Assembly: GCF_046295235.1 (NCBI RefSeq) | Contig: NZ_JBKBLV010000003.1 | Span: 39,589-103,588 of the forward strand | Source of the DNA: Tabrizicola flagellatus | GTDB lineage: Bacteria > Pseudomonadota > Alphaproteobacteria > Rhodobacterales > Rhodobacteraceae | Length of the DNA stretch: 64,000 bases | Reading direction: 5' to 3' | Shown here: positions 23,388-34,673 of the stretch, in pieces | Layout of the letters: every line of letters starts with the position of its first letter | Numbering within the stretch: position 1 is the first letter of the stretch | Program-made: the position numbers and the translations under genes | Notes under the pieces: model-generated | Seen by the model: only the letters and a program-made list of their open reading frames with translations | Databases searched by the model: none | Told to the model about the DNA's origin: nothing

Positions 23388-24515
23388 TCAGTCGACGTCC
23401 GCGATCTCGCCCCGCTTCTTGCCGCTTGCGTTCAGCGCCAGCGTGGCAGCCATGAACCCGTCCAGGTCGCCGTTCAGCACCCCTTGCGTGTCCGAGGTCT
23501 CATACCCCGTCCGCAGGTCCTTCACCATCTGGTAGGGCTGTAGGACATAGGAGCGGATCTGGTTGCCCCAGCCCGCGTCGCCCTTGTTCTCGTAGGCCTC
23601 GTTGATGGCGGCGTTCCGCTTGTCCAGTTCCATCTGGTACAGGCGGCTCTTCAGCGCCTTCATCGCGATGTCGCGGTTCTGGTGCTGGGACTTGAGCGAG
23701 GAACTGACCACGATCCCGGTCGGAAAGTGGGTGATCCGCACGGCCGAGTCGGTCTTGTTGACGTGCTGGCCTCCCGCGCCCGAGGACCGGAAGGTGTCGA
23801 TGCGGATGTCCTTGTCCTGCACCTCGATCTCGATGTTGTCGTCCACCACCGGATAGACCCAGACCGAGCAGAACGAGGTATGCCGCCGCGCCGCCGAGTC
23901 ATAGGGCGAGATGCGGACCAGCCGGTGCACCCCGGCCTCGGTCTTCAGCCAGCCATAGGCGTTCTTGCCGCTGATCTTGTAGGAGGCCGACTTGATCCCC
24001 GCCCCTTCGCCTTCGGTCTCCGATTGCAGCTCGACGGTGTAGCCATGCGCCTCGGCCCAGCGGACATACATCCGCGCCAGCATCGCCGCCCAGTCGCAGC
24101 TTTCCGTTCCGCCCGCACCCGCGTTGATTTCCAGGAAGGTGTCGTTGGCGTCGGCCTCGCCGTCCAAGAGCGCCTCAAGCTCCTTCGCCTGGGCCACCTT
24201 CACCAGCTCGGCCAGCGCCTTCTCGGCCTCGGCGACGATCTCGGCGTCGCCCTCGGCCTCGCCCAGTTCGATCAGTTCGACATTGTCCTTCAGGCCGCTC
24301 TCGATCAGCTTGTAGGAGGCAACCGCATCCATCAGCGCCTGGCGGTCGCGCATCAGCTTCTGCGCCTTGGCCGGGTCGTTCCACAGGTCCGGCGCCTCGA
24401 TCATGGCGTCGAACTCCTCCAGCCGGTGCGGCGCGGTCTCCCAGTCCATCCGCTGGGCCAAGAGCTTCAGCGTCTTTTCGATCGCTTCGACATTCGCTTG
24501 GGTTTCGGCACGCAT
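23388..24515 (-). CDS. prfB: Peptide chain release factor 2
   Basis: GVHRLVRISPY (SPY variant of SPF), GAGGQHVN, WGNQIRSY. Continuous ORF with no frameshift. Confidence 0.97.
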   Translation of the reverse strand: MRAETQANVEAIEKTLKLLAQRMDWETAPHRLEEFDAMIEAPDLWNDPAKAQKLMRDRQALMDAVASYKLIESGLKDNVELIELGEAEGDAEIVAEAEKALAELVKVAQAKELEALLDGEADANDTFLEINAGAGGTESCDWAAMLARMYVRWAEAHGYTVELQSETEGEGAGIKSASYKISGKNAYGWLKTEAGVHRLVRISPYDSAARRHTSFCSVWVYPVVDDNIEIEVQDKDIRIDTFRSSGAGGQHVNKTDSAVRITHFPTGIVVSSSLKSQHQNRDIAMKALKSRLYQMELDKRNAAINEAYENKGDAGWGNQIRSYVLQPYQMVKDLRTGYETSDTQGVLNGDLDGFMAATLALNASGKKRGEIADVD

Positions 24516-24602
24516 CGGTCGGGTCCAGTCCTTGATCTCGCGGGCGGTCATAAGGGTTTGACCGCGCCCCGGCAAGGGCGCGGCCGGAAGGCGGCGTCGG
24601 TG

Positions 24603-27161
24603 TCAGTAAAGCCCGCCGGACGAGACGGTGCCGAAATCGGCCTTCTTCGGCACGACAACCTGCTTGCCCTGGGAATTGGTCACCGTCTTGCCCTGGTCGC
24701 CCTGGCCCTCGCCCTCGCCATAGGCAAAGAGGGGCAGATTCTCACCCATTGCAAAACCGCCGTCCACCACGTTGCCAAGGCCGATCAGCGCCTCCTCGCC
24801 TTCGCGGAAATATTCCGAGACCACGTTGTCGCCGGTGGCGTCGTCGGGCAGTGGCATGCCGGTATAGCGGTCGATCTTGCGGAAATAGCCGCCCGGCGGC
24901 ACCTTGAACTCGCCACCACCGTATTTCTTGATGGCGGTCTTCATGAAGCGTTCGAACACCGGGCCGCAGAACCCGCCGCCCGAAGCACCGCCGCCCAGCG
25001 TGCGCGGCTGGTCAAAACCGATGTAGCAGCCAGCGGTGATGTTCGAGGTGTAGCCGATGAACCAGACATCCTTGGCGTCATTGGTCGTGCCGGTCTTGCC
25101 GGCCACCGGCACCGGCAGGTTGATGCCGCGCGCGGTGCCGCGCTGGACCACGCCCTGCATCATGCTGGTCAGCTGATAGGCGGTGATCGCGTTCATCACC
25201 CGCTCGCGGTTGGTGGTGATCCTGACGCCCTGCCCGTCCGGGAGATCGGCGGCGGCGCAATCCTCGCAGACGCGCTGGTCGTGACGATAGATCGTCTTGC
25301 CGAACCGGTCCTGCACCCGGTCGACCAGCGTAGGCTCAACCCGTTCGCCGCCATTGGCAAACATGGCATAGGCCGCCACCATCTTGAACAGTGTCGTCTC
25401 CTGCGCACCCAGAGCGTTCGCCAGATAGGGGCCCATCCGGTCATAGACCCCGAAGCGTTCGGCATAGCCCGCAACCGTCTGCATGCCGATTTCCTGCGCG
25501 ATCCGCACCGTCATCAGGTTCCGCGACTGCTCGATCCCGGTGCGCAGCGGCGCGGGGCCGTAGTACTTGCCCGAGGCGTTCTTCGGCGTCCACAGGCCCT
25601 GCGGCGTGTCCACCTCGATCGGCGCGTCCACCACGATCGTCGCCGGCGTGAAGCCCGAATCCAGCGCCGCGGCATAGACGAAGGGCTTGAAGCTCGACCC
25701 CGGCTGGCGCGTCGCCTGGGTGGTGCGGTTGAACACCGAATCCTGGTACGAGAACCCGCCCTGCATCGCCAGAACGCGGCCGGTGTTGACATCCATCGCC
25801 ATGAAGGCGCCCTGCACCTCGGGCACCTGGCGCAGCGACCAGCGGTTGAAGGTGCCGTCCTTGTTGGTGACGGTGCGGACCAGCACCACATCGCCGACCG
25901 ACACCAGGTCGCCCGCGACCTTGGCCTTCGGGCCAAGCTTGCCGTCCGGCAACCGCTTGCGCGCCCATTTCACGTCCTCGGCCGGGATGAAATGGCCGTC
26001 CTCGTCGTCCATCACGCCCTCGATGCCGATCCGGGCGCTGGTCTCGCCCACCTCCAGCACCACGGCCGGGAACCAGGCGGCCACGTCGCGCGGCACATCG
26101 ACCTTGGCCAGAGCCTCGCGCCAGGCCACTTCGGAGCCCAGCACCTCGGCGGGCAGGGTCTTGCCGGTCCCGCGCCACACGCCCTGGCTGCGGTCGTACT
26201 CTTCAAGGCCCTGCCGCAGCGCGGCAGCGGCGGCAGCCTGCAATTCGGGGTCCACCGTCGCGCGGATGGTCAGACCGCCGGAAAAGAACTCCTGCTCGCC
26301 GAACACGCCCGACAACTGGCGGCGGATCTCGTCGGTGAAATAGTCGCGGGGCGGAAGCGCATCGCGGAAGGCCTCGAAATCGCCGTTCTGCACCGATTGC
26401 AGCGGCATGTCCTTTTCGGACAGGTAGGTGGCCTCGTCGATATAGCCGTTCTGCCACATCTCGCGCAGCACATAGTTGCGCCGTTCGGTCACGCGCTCCT
26501 TCGCAGTCACGGGGTGATACTTGCCCGGCGCCTGCGGCATCGCGGCCAGCATCGCGGCCTCGTGCGGGGCAAGCTCGGAAAGCGGCTTGTTGAAATAGGT
26601 CTGCGCCGCCGCCGCCACGCCATAGGAGTTCTGGCCGAGGAAGATCTCGTTCAGATAAAGTTCCAGGATCTTGTCCTTGGACAGCGTCTGCTCCAGCCGG
26701 GTGGCCAGGATGATCTCCTTGATCTTCCGTTCGACGCTGCGCGAGCCGTCGAGCAGGAAGTTCTTCATCACCTGCTGGGTGATCGTCGAGGCCCCGCGCA
26801 TGCTTTCGCCCCGGCTTTTCACCGCCTCGATCAGGGCAGCGACCATGCCACGCGTGTCATAGCCGTGGTGCTTGTAGAAATTCTTGTCCTCGGCCGAGAT
26901 GAAGGCCTGCTTCACCAGGTCGGGGATGTCCTCGCTGGCCACGAACAGCCGGCGTTCCTGGGCGAACTCGTCGATGATCCGGCCCTCGCCCGAATAGATC
27001 CGGCTGATCGTCGCGGGCGTGTATTGCGCCAGGTTCTCGTGGCTGGGAAGATCGCGGGAATACATGTAGAAGATCCCGCCCAGCGTCAGCGCGGCAAAGA
27101 TCAGCCCCAGCGTGACCGTGGTGAAGATACCGCCCAAGACATTGCCGACGAAACGAAGCAC
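24603..27161 (-). CDS. mrcA: Penicillin-binding protein 1A
   Basis: Transglycosylase motifs (SAEDKNF, GASTITQQ, RKIKE) and transpeptidase motifs (PGSSFK, SRN, KTG). GTG start at 27161. Confidence 0.95.
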   Translation of the reverse strand: MLRFVGNVLGGIFTTVTLGLIFAALTLGGIFYMYSRDLPSHENLAQYTPATISRIYSGEGRIIDEFAQERRLFVASEDIPDLVKQAFISAEDKNFYKHHGYDTRGMVAALIEAVKSRGESMRGASTITQQVMKNFLLDGSRSVERKIKEIILATRLEQTLSKDKILELYLNEIFLGQNSYGVAAAAQTYFNKPLSELAPHEAAMLAAMPQAPGKYHPVTAKERVTERRNYVLREMWQNGYIDEATYLSEKDMPLQSVQNGDFEAFRDALPPRDYFTDEIRRQLSGVFGEQEFFSGGLTIRATVDPELQAAAAAALRQGLEEYDRSQGVWRGTGKTLPAEVLGSEVAWREALAKVDVPRDVAAWFPAVVLEVGETSARIGIEGVMDDEDGHFIPAEDVKWARKRLPDGKLGPKAKVAGDLVSVGDVVLVRTVTNKDGTFNRWSLRQVPEVQGAFMAMDVNTGRVLAMQGGFSYQDSVFNRTTQATRQPGSSFKPFVYAAALDSGFTPATIVVDAPIEVDTPQGLWTPKNASGKYYGPAPLRTGIEQSRNLMTVRIAQEIGMQTVAGYAERFGVYDRMGPYLANALGAQETTLFKMVAAYAMFANGGERVEPTLVDRVQDRFGKTIYRHDQRVCEDCAAADLPDGQGVRITTNRERVMNAITAYQLTSMMQGVVQRGTARGINLPVPVAGKTGTTNDAKDVWFIGYTSNITAGCYIGFDQPRTLGGGASGGGFCGPVFERFMKTAIKKYGGGEFKVPPGGYFRKIDRYTGMPLPDDATGDNVVSEYFREGEEALIGLGNVVDGGFAMGENLPLFAYGEGEGQGDQGKTVTNSQGKQVVVPKKADFGTVSSGGLY

Positions 27162-27262
27162 CCGGAACTCCCGCTGATTTCGACCCGCAGTATAGCAGAC
27201 GCGCGCCCGCGTCAAAACCTTGGCCGGTCACAAGTGGCGGCGCGGGCGGCGTTTCGCAAGGC

Positions 27263-28465
27263 TCAGGGCGCGGCCAGCGCCCGCAGCGTCCGGTCCTCCC
27301 CGGACCATGCGACGATGCCCTGCACCACCGCCGCGGCCAGCCGTGCCCGCCAGGCCGGATCGGACAACCGCTTGAAGTCGCGCTCCGAGGACAGGAACCC
27401 CACCTCCAGAAGCGCAGAGGGGATGTCGGGCGATTTCAGCACCGAAAATCCGCCCGACTGGCGCGGATGGCGGTGCATGCGGATCTCGGCCGCCCTGATC
27501 GCGCCCACCACCGCCTCGGCCAGCCGGTCGTTGCGCGGCCGCGTCTCGGTCCGGGCCATGTCCATCAGCACCTCGGCCACCTGATCATCCTGGTTCGACA
27601 GGTCCACCCCGGCCAGAAGGTCGTCGCGGTCATGCCGTTCGGCCAGGGCCGCCGAAGCCGCGTCGGACGCCTCGGGCGCAAGCGTGTAGATCGTCGCGCC
27701 CTGCGCGTCGCCTTCGGCCAGCGCGTCGGCATGGAGCGACAGGAACAGGTCCGCCTCGGCCTCGCGCGCGATCGAGGTCCGGGTCTCCAGCGGCACGAAG
27801 ACATCCTCGTCGCGCGTCATGACCACGCGGAAGCGCCCGTCGCGCAGAAGCGCCTCCTTCAGCTCGCGCGCGAAGGTCAGCATCAGTGCCGCCTCGCTGA
27901 TCCCGTCGCGTTCGGCCCCCGGGTCGATGCCGCCATGCCCGGGATCCAGCACCACCGTGATCGGCCCGGCGCCCGCCACCGGCGGCGGCTCCAGCTGCAC
28001 GGCATCCGGCAGGCCCCATTCCGGCAGATCCGGCCGCGACGCCTCGGTCGCGAAACTGGCCGCATCGGTCGGCTCCAGCCGGATGTCGATCCGCGTGGCG
28101 CTGCCGGTCGTCATCTCGGCCCGCGCCAGCCGATGCGGCCCGTCCAGTTCCAGCACCAGCCGCGACCAGCCCGGCCGGAAGGACCCCGCCCGCATCGCCA
28201 GCGCCGGGCGCACCATGGCCAGAACCTGCGCCCCCGCCCAGTCCACCTCGCGCGTGTCGATCACCAGCCGCGGCGGGCCGTCCAGCATCCGCACCCGCCA
28301 GGGCACCGGCTGGCTCAGGGTCAGCTTCAGGTCCAGCCCATCCCCCGTCGCCACCAGCGCCGAGCGCATCGGATCGACCCGGGCCAACGCCGACAGGCCC
28401 TCGGCCGCGGCCGGCAAGGGCATGAGCAGCAGCAGAATAAGACAAAGCCGGTGGATCGGTCGCAT
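27263..28465 (-). CDS. amiC: N-acetylmuramoyl-L-alanine amidase
   Basis: AMIN-like N-terminus, VVLDPGHGGIDPG, FLSLHAD, LLEVGFLS. Confidence 0.9.
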   Translation of the reverse strand: MRPIHRLCLILLLLMPLPAAAEGLSALARVDPMRSALVATGDGLDLKLTLSQPVPWRVRMLDGPPRLVIDTREVDWAGAQVLAMVRPALAMRAGSFRPGWSRLVLELDGPHRLARAEMTTGSATRIDIRLEPTDAASFATEASRPDLPEWGLPDAVQLEPPPVAGAGPITVVLDPGHGGIDPGAERDGISEAALMLTFARELKEALLRDGRFRVVMTRDEDVFVPLETRTSIAREAEADLFLSLHADALAEGDAQGATIYTLAPEASDAASAALAERHDRDDLLAGVDLSNQDDQVAEVLMDMARTETRPRNDRLAEAVVGAIRAAEIRMHRHPRQSGGFSVLKSPDIPSALLEVGFLSSERDFKRLSDPAWRARLAAAVVQGIVAWSGEDRTLRALAAP

Positions 28466-28623
28466 GGCCGCGTTATCGACGCTTGGGCGCGGGATGTAAA
28501 TTCCGCCCCGCGCCGCTCTGGCGCCGGCGTTGCCCCCGGATCACAAAGCGGCGAGTGGCTTGTCACCAACCGGCCCCGCCCCTATCCTCGCGTCCGCCAG
28601 ACCCGGCCATTGCAGGAGACCCT

Positions 28624-29379
28624 ATGACCCGCCTCGCCCTCGGCCTGTTCGCCGGCCTTGCCAGCCTGCCCGCCTTTGCCGAGACCCAACCGGTCGCGCC
28701 TGCGATGACCGATGCGGAACGCGCCGCCTTCCGCGAGGAGGTGCGCGCCTATCTTCTGGAAAATCCCGAGGTACTGATCGAGGCGATGGATGTCCTCCAG
28801 TCGCGAGAGCAAGAGGCTGCCACCCTGCGCGACGTGCAGATGGTGGCCTCGCTGGGCGACGAGATCTTCAACAACCCCAACGACTGGGTCGGCGGCAATC
28901 CGGAGGGCGACCTTACCCTGGTCGAGTTCATGGACTATCGCTGCGGCTATTGCCGCAAAGCCTACGAGGAAGTGGACAAGCTGATCCAGACCGATGGCAA
29001 GATCCGCTTTGTCGTCAAGGAATTCCCGATCCTGGGCGAGGCCTCGCTCATGTCGGCGCAGTTCGCAATCGCCGTGCGCCAGCTGCATGGTGACGAGGCC
29101 TATGCCAAGGCGCACGACGCATTGATGACGCTGCGCGGCGAACCCACGCCCGAGACGCTGGCGCGACTGGCCGGCGACCTCGGACTGGACGGAAAACAGA
29201 TCCTCGACCGCATGGGCGCGCCCGAGGTGATGCAGGTCATCAAGGACAATCACGCACTGGCCGACAAGATGCAGATCACCGGCACCCCGGCCTTCGTACT
29301 GAAGGACATGGTGATGCGCGGCTATGCGCCGCTGGACGTGATGCGCGATTTCGTGGCCGACGCCCGCTCCGACGGCTGA
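28624..29379 (+). CDS. DsbA family thioredoxin-like protein
   Basis: Signal peptide, EFMDYRCGYC, ITGTP. Confidence 0.92.
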   Translation: MTRLALGLFAGLASLPAFAETQPVAPAMTDAERAAFREEVRAYLLENPEVLIEAMDVLQSREQEAATLRDVQMVASLGDEIFNNPNDWVGGNPEGDLTLVEFMDYRCGYCRKAYEEVDKLIQTDGKIRFVVKEFPILGEASLMSAQFAIAVRQLHGDEAYAKAHDALMTLRGEPTPETLARLAGDLGLDGKQILDRMGAPEVMQVIKDNHALADKMQITGTPAFVLKDMVMRGYAPLDVMRDFVADARSDG

Positions 29380-29507
29380 GCAAGGGCGGGAGGGTCGGCC
29401 GGTGGCTGTCCACTGTCCGTTCCGGCGGTGCAAGGGTCGCAGTTGAACGCGACCGTCGCCGCCGTCTCGCACAGGGTAGCGGGTAATGTCACCTATCGAG
29501 CAGGCGC

Positions 29508-29843
29508 ATGACCCGGACCTATCTCATCCTTCTGGCAGCCATCCTGGCCGAGGTCGTCGCCACGACCGCCCTTGCCCGCTCGGAAAGCTTTACCCGGCTT
29601 GTGCCGTCGCTTCTGGCGATCTGCGGCTATGCGCTCGCCTTCTGGCTCTTGTCCTATCCGCTGCGGGTCATGCCGACCGGCGTCGTCTATGCGATCTGGT
29701 CAGGCATGGGGATCGTGCTGATCAGCACCGTGGCCTGGATCTGGTATCGCCAGGCGCTTGATTTCGCGGCGATCCTTGGACTTGCCTTCATCCTTGTCGG
29801 AGTGCTGATCGTCAACCTGTTCTCGAAGTCGATCCCGCACTAG
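29508..29843 (+). CDS. SMR (EmrE/QacE-type) efflux protein
   Basis: Conserved Glu in AILAEVVAT, YAIWSGMG, 4 TM. Confidence 0.92.
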   Translation: MTRTYLILLAAILAEVVATTALARSESFTRLVPSLLAICGYALAFWLLSYPLRVMPTGVVYAIWSGMGIVLISTVAWIWYRQALDFAAILGLAFILVGVLIVNLFSKSIPH

Positions 29844-29856
29844 GCCTGCACGCGGC

Positions 29857-31065
29857 TCATGCCTCGACCGGGACAGGCTCGGGCCGCACCGCCTGCGCGA
29901 CCCAGAGCCCCAGACCCAGCACCACCAGCCCCATGCCCACCGCCGCGAAGGTGCCCGCCAGACCCAGCCAGGCCACCAAAGGCGCCGAGACCAGGGGCGA
30001 GGCGAACTGGCCCAGGAAGAAGGCCGTGGTCAAGAGGCCCGCGCCCCGCCCCCGCATCGTCGCCGGCACCCGCGCCATGAACCAGGTGGTGTAGTTGGGC
30101 ATCGAGATCCCCATTCCAAACCCCGCGATCAGCGAACCCAGCAGCACCCCGTGCCAGTCGCTTGCCGTGGCATGGGCCAGAAAGCCCAGCCCGATCAGGA
30201 CAAAGGACAAGCCGAAGATGGTCATGGCGCTCAGCCTGGCGCGGATCCGGCCGTACATCAGCGACACCGGGGCCGAGACCGTCACCAGGGCCGCCATCAG
30301 CGCGCCGACGACCAGCGGGCTGTGCACCCCCAGCGCCTCGAGGTGGAAGGGCAGCCGGGTCGGCGTGACGTAGAACGCGACCTGGAACAGGAAGGCGAGC
30401 GGCGCGATGAAGGCATAGGCCGCCCAGGGGAAACGGTCGGTCGTGGCGGCAAGGGCCTGCGGGCGGGCGCGCTCGGCCGCGATGCGGCGGGCATGGGGGC
30501 CAAGCGCCAGGAAGGCCAGCGCGGCGATGGGCAGGATCAGGCCATAGACCGCGAAGGCCCCGCGCCAGTGCCAGCTGGCCAGAAACCCGCCAAGCAGCAT
30601 GAAGACGATGCCCGCCAGCGAAATCGCCGCGCCCTGCATCCCCAGGAACCGCGCTCGCGCCGGTCCCTGCCAGAGGTCCGAGGCCCAGGTCATGCCGAGG
30701 TTCATCGTGCCGGCCACCCCCAACCCCAGCGCCAGGCGCCCGATCAGCATGCCCCAGAGGCTCTCGGCCCAAAGGCCGGAGGTCCCCCCGATGGCATAGA
30801 GACCCGCCGTCAGGAGAAGCAGCTTCTGCCGGTCCCAGCGGTCGATCAGAAGACCCATCCCCCCGGCCGACAGCACGATGGCCAGCGAGGGCAAGGTCAC
30901 GATCAGCCCGGCCAGCGTGTCAATATGGGGGATGTCGGCATAATGCGCGCGCAGGCCCGGCAGCGAGGACGCGACGGTCGCGTTCGCCATGATCGTCATC
31001 GAGGCCAGGCCCAGAACGGCAAGGGTCACCGCGCGCGAGGGCGGTGCTTCGGAAGTCGGTTGCAT
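29857..31065 (-). CDS. MFS transporter
   Basis: GLLIDRWDRQK, 12 TM, RGRGAG. Start MQPTSE. Confidence 0.88.
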   Translation of the reverse strand: MQPTSEAPPSRAVTLAVLGLASMTIMANATVASSLPGLRAHYADIPHIDTLAGLIVTLPSLAIVLSAGGMGLLIDRWDRQKLLLLTAGLYAIGGTSGLWAESLWGMLIGRLALGLGVAGTMNLGMTWASDLWQGPARARFLGMQGAAISLAGIVFMLLGGFLASWHWRGAFAVYGLILPIAALAFLALGPHARRIAAERARPQALAATTDRFPWAAYAFIAPLAFLFQVAFYVTPTRLPFHLEALGVHSPLVVGALMAALVTVSAPVSLMYGRIRARLSAMTIFGLSFVLIGLGFLAHATASDWHGVLLGSLIAGFGMGISMPNYTTWFMARVPATMRGRGAGLLTTAFFLGQFASPLVSAPLVAWLGLAGTFAAVGMGLVVLGLGLWVAQAVRPEPVPVEA

Positions 31066-31153
31066 GCGGAATCCCTGGAACGTGTCTTGCGCACCCTGCC
31101 AAAATCCATGATCATGGACCAGACAGCTATTATTGCAAGGTGCGTTCCGAATT

Positions 31154-32044
31154 ATGGACAATGATCTTGACCTCACCGCGCTCCGCGGCTTTCGCACCGT
31201 GCTGCGCGAGGGCTCGTTCTCTGCCGCGGCGCTGGCGCTCCGGGTGCCGAAATCCACCCTGTCGAAGCGCGTCGCGGATCTTGAGGCCGACCTAGGCGTC
31301 CGGCTGATCGAACGCTCAACCCGCACACTTCGGCCCACCCAGGAAGGCGAGGTGCTGGCCGCCCGCGCCGACCGGCTTCTGGGCGAGGCAGAGGACATCC
31401 GCCGGGCGCTCGGCGAATCCGGCGGCACCCCGCGCGGGCATCTGCGGCTGGCGGTGCCGCAAAGCTTCGGCAACCTCCTGATCGGCGCCATCGCCGCCCG
31501 GTTCCGCAAGCTCCATCCCGAGGTGACGCTGGAAATCCATTTCCTCGACCGCGCGCCCGACCTCTTGGAGGAAGGCTTCGACGGCTGCCTCCGCTTTGGC
31601 CCGCTGGAGGATTCCAGCCAGGTCGCCCGCCGCCTGACCCATGGCCAGGCGATGATGGTGGCCGCGCCCGACCTGCCCGGTCTCGACAGCCTGCGCCGGC
31701 CCGAGGATCTGGCCCGCTTCGACCTTGTCGGCCTTGCCATGCCCTGGCCGGGCGGCCTGCCCTTGCAGAACGGAGAGGAAGAGGTCGTCCTGCCCTTCGA
31801 GCCGCCCTTGCGGCTTGGCTCGCACCTGGCGGTGCGCGACGCGGTGGTGGCGGGGGCGGGCATCGGCGCCCTGCCCGGCATCGTCTGCCGCCCCGACCTC
31901 GCCGCCGGGCGCCTCGTGCGCGTGTTGCCGGACTGGTCCACACCGCGGAAGGCGATCTATTTCGTCTATCCCTCGGCCCAGTCCGTCACCGCGCGGCTGC
32001 GCGCCTTCATCGACCACCTGGTGCGGGAAATGGGCGAGGACTGA
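31154..32044 (+). CDS. LysR family regulator (DmlR/CrgA-like)
   Basis: GSFSAAA...SKRVADLEADLGVRLIERSTR. Divergent from the MFS gene. Confidence 0.93.
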   Translation: MDNDLDLTALRGFRTVLREGSFSAAALALRVPKSTLSKRVADLEADLGVRLIERSTRTLRPTQEGEVLAARADRLLGEAEDIRRALGESGGTPRGHLRLAVPQSFGNLLIGAIAARFRKLHPEVTLEIHFLDRAPDLLEEGFDGCLRFGPLEDSSQVARRLTHGQAMMVAAPDLPGLDSLRRPEDLARFDLVGLAMPWPGGLPLQNGEEEVVLPFEPPLRLGSHLAVRDAVVAGAGIGALPGIVCRPDLAAGRLVRVLPDWSTPRKAIYFVYPSAQSVTARLRAFIDHLVREMGED

Positions 32045-32062
32045 TCCGGCGCGTCCGGACAA

Positions 32063-32129
32063 CTCCTCGAGCACTTCGTGCACTCGTCGTGAGCTTCCCT
32101 GGCGAGGAGTGCACGCAGTGCTCGCCGAG
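32063..32129. repeat. Four-heptamer palindromic repeat, copy C
   Basis: CTCCTCG-N13-CTCGTCG-N13-CGAGGAG-N13-CGCCGAG between convergent genes. Confidence 0.75.
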
Positions 32130-32134
32130 CCGCG

Positions 32135-33259
32135 CTATTCCGCCGCCAGCTTCTCGGTCGCCTCGATCTCGGCGGCCTTCTTCTCGACCAGTTCGACGAT
32201 GTGGTCGATCATCCGGTCATTCGACAGAGTGTGGTCCTGCTTGCCGGCCAGATAGACCATCCCCTTCCCCGCGCCGCCGCCGGTAAAGCCGATGTCGGTC
32301 ATCAGGGCCTCGCCCGGGCCGTTCACCACGCAACCGATGATGGACAGGCTCATCGAGGTCGTGACATGCGCCAGCCGTTCCTCAAGCGCCGCGACGGTCT
32401 TGATGACATCGAACCCCTGCCGCGCGCAGGACGGGCACGAGATGATCGTCACTCCCCGGTGCCGCAGGCCCAGCGACTTCAGGATCTCGTAGCCGACCTT
32501 GACCTCCTCGACCGGATCGGCCGAGAGGCTGACCCGGATCGTGTCGCCGATCCCCATCCACAAAAGGTTGCCCAGACCGATGGCCGATTTCACCGTGCCG
32601 GACACCAGTCCCCCCGCCTCGGTGATCCCCAGATGGATCGGCGCGTCGGTGGCATCGGCCAGCTGCTGGTAGGCGGCGGCGGCCAGGAACACGTCCGACG
32701 CCTTCACGCTGATCTTGAACTCGTGGAAATCGTTGTCCTGCAACAGCCGGATGTGGTCGAGTCCCGATTCCACCATCGCCTCGGGGCAAGGCTCGCCGTA
32801 TTTCTCCAGGAGGTGCTTTTCCAGGCTGCCCGCGTTCACCCCGATGCGGATGGAACAGCCGTGGTCCTTGGCCGCGCGCACCACCTCGGCCACGCGCTTC
32901 GCATCGCCGATGTTGCCGGGGTTGATCCGCAGGCAGGCCGCCCCCGCCTCGGCCGCCTCGATGGCGCGGCGGTAGTGGAAATGGATGTCGGCGACGATCG
33001 GCACCGGGCTTTCGGCGACGATCTCCTTCAGCGCCTTCGTCGAGGCCTCGTCCGGCGTCGATACGCGCACGATGTCCGCACCCGCCACGGCGCAGCGCTG
33101 GATCTGCTCGATGGTCGCCGCCACGTCGGTGGTCAGCGTGTTGGTCATCGTCTGCACGCTGATCGGAGCATCGCCACCGACCAGCACCTTGCCCACGCGG
33201 ATCTGCCGCGACGCCCGTCGCGCGATGTTGCGCCAGGGGCGGACGGGGTTGTGAGTCAT
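32135..33259 (-). CDS. ispG: 4-hydroxy-3-methylbut-2-en-1-yl diphosphate synthase
   Basis: [33 protein letters not shown]. Confidence 0.97.
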   Translation of the reverse strand: MTHNPVRPWRNIARRASRQIRVGKVLVGGDAPISVQTMTNTLTTDVAATIEQIQRCAVAGADIVRVSTPDEASTKALKEIVAESPVPIVADIHFHYRRAIEAAEAGAACLRINPGNIGDAKRVAEVVRAAKDHGCSIRIGVNAGSLEKHLLEKYGEPCPEAMVESGLDHIRLLQDNDFHEFKISVKASDVFLAAAAYQQLADATDAPIHLGITEAGGLVSGTVKSAIGLGNLLWMGIGDTIRVSLSADPVEEVKVGYEILKSLGLRHRGVTIISCPSCARQGFDVIKTVAALEERLAHVTTSMSLSIIGCVVNGPGEALMTDIGFTGGGAGKGMVYLAGKQDHTLSNDRMIDHIVELVEKKAAEIEATEKLAAE

Positions 33260-33330
33260 GGGTCGGGCTTCCCTTGCAATGCCCGCGCAGCATAAGGCGC
33301 GCGACGGCCTGCGGCAATGGGCGGCGGGGC

Positions 33331-34554
33331 CTACTCGCTGACCGTGGGCGCCTGCAGGACCGGCGTCGCATCCGCCGTGGCGAAATTGGCCAGATCCTGA
33401 TCCTTGCTCAGATCGGCCCGGGCATAGGTCTGGGTCAGCGCCTCGGGCGACAGCTTGATATCCTTGGCGACATTGGCGCCAGGGGCGGCGGGACCATAGG
33501 GCACGCCATCCACCACAAAGTAGATGGAACCCGAATTGCCGGTGCGGAACACGGCGGCGGTTTCCAGGGGCGGCACGACATAACGTTCGCCGGCGTCGAG
33601 GATCTTCTCGAACAGCACGGTGCCGTCCGCGGCGTTGACCCGAACCCACGATGGGCGCACGGCCAGGACCTCGATCCCTTCCTTTGCCTCCGCGATGACC
33701 TGGACATCGCTGCCCAGCGCCTCGTCTATCGCGGCGTCGACGACATCGACCTCGGCCACCTCGGCGAGAACCCCGGTCTGGCGCGGATTGATCGCGGCGA
33801 TGGGCCCGTCGCGCGAGGTCAGGACCGGCACGTCCAGCGCCTGCGGGCGATAGAGGCGGTCCATCACATCATTGGCGGCAGCGCCTTCTGCACTGGCCAC
33901 CGCCTGCCCGGCCGGTTCGGCCGGACGGCTGGCTACCATCTGCGGCGCAGCCGTGTCGGCATTCGAAAGAGGGTCGATCTGGGCGACCACGGTCGGGGCC
34001 TGGTCTACCGGGGCAAGTTGCACGCGCTGGACTTCCTGCAGCACCGACCAGCCGCCATAGCCGATGGCCCCGATCAGGGCGACCAGCACCGCAATGGACC
34101 CGACGGCGCCAGGTTCGATCCGGCTCCAGATCGCCTCGCCGCGCGGGATGAAGCTTGCGTTCGGATCGCCCAGCGGATCGGCGACATCGCGCCGGGCCCG
34201 GGCCTTGACGATCTGCTGCGGTGCAGCGGCGGCGGAGAGGCCATGCGACACGGAATAGCCCGCCTCGGCGCAGAAACGCTCGAAGGCCCATTCCGGGTCC
34301 ATCGCCAGATAGCGGGCGTAGGACCGGATGTAACCAGGGACGAATCCAGGCGTCTCGAAAGCCGATAGGTCGGCGTTCTCGATGGCCGCGATGTAGGTGG
34401 CCTTGATCTTCAGCTCTCGCTGAACATCCAGCAGCGACTTGCCCAGCGTGGCCCGCTCGCCACGCATCAGGTCGCCCAGACGCAACTCGAAGTCGTCAAA
34501 GCCCTTTGGCTTGTCCTCTTCGGTCGTCGAAGGTTTCGCCCTCCAACCGATCAT
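33331..34554 (-). CDS. RodZ-like protein (HTH, TM, DUF4115)
   Basis: YIAAIENAD...[10 protein letters not shown], one TM, SWVRV...GNSGS. Upstream of ispG. Confidence 0.88.
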   Translation of the reverse strand: MIGWRAKPSTTEEDKPKGFDDFELRLGDLMRGERATLGKSLLDVQRELKIKATYIAAIENADLSAFETPGFVPGYIRSYARYLAMDPEWAFERFCAEAGYSVSHGLSAAAAPQQIVKARARRDVADPLGDPNASFIPRGEAIWSRIEPGAVGSIAVLVALIGAIGYGGWSVLQEVQRVQLAPVDQAPTVVAQIDPLSNADTAAPQMVASRPAEPAGQAVASAEGAAANDVMDRLYRPQALDVPVLTSRDGPIAAINPRQTGVLAEVAEVDVVDAAIDEALGSDVQVIAEAKEGIEVLAVRPSWVRVNAADGTVLFEKILDAGERYVVPPLETAAVFRTGNSGSIYFVVDGVPYGPAAPGANVAKDIKLSPEALTQTYARADLSKDQDLANFATADATPVLQAPTVSE

Positions 34555-34673
34555 GCGCGCCCTGTCCCCTTCGGTGCACCACTCTGCGCGGTCGCCTTCC
34601 CCAGCGACTCACTGCCTTGTTCTATTGGGCAATCCTTACCACAGGACAAGGCCTTTTCCACGGGGCAAACAGT

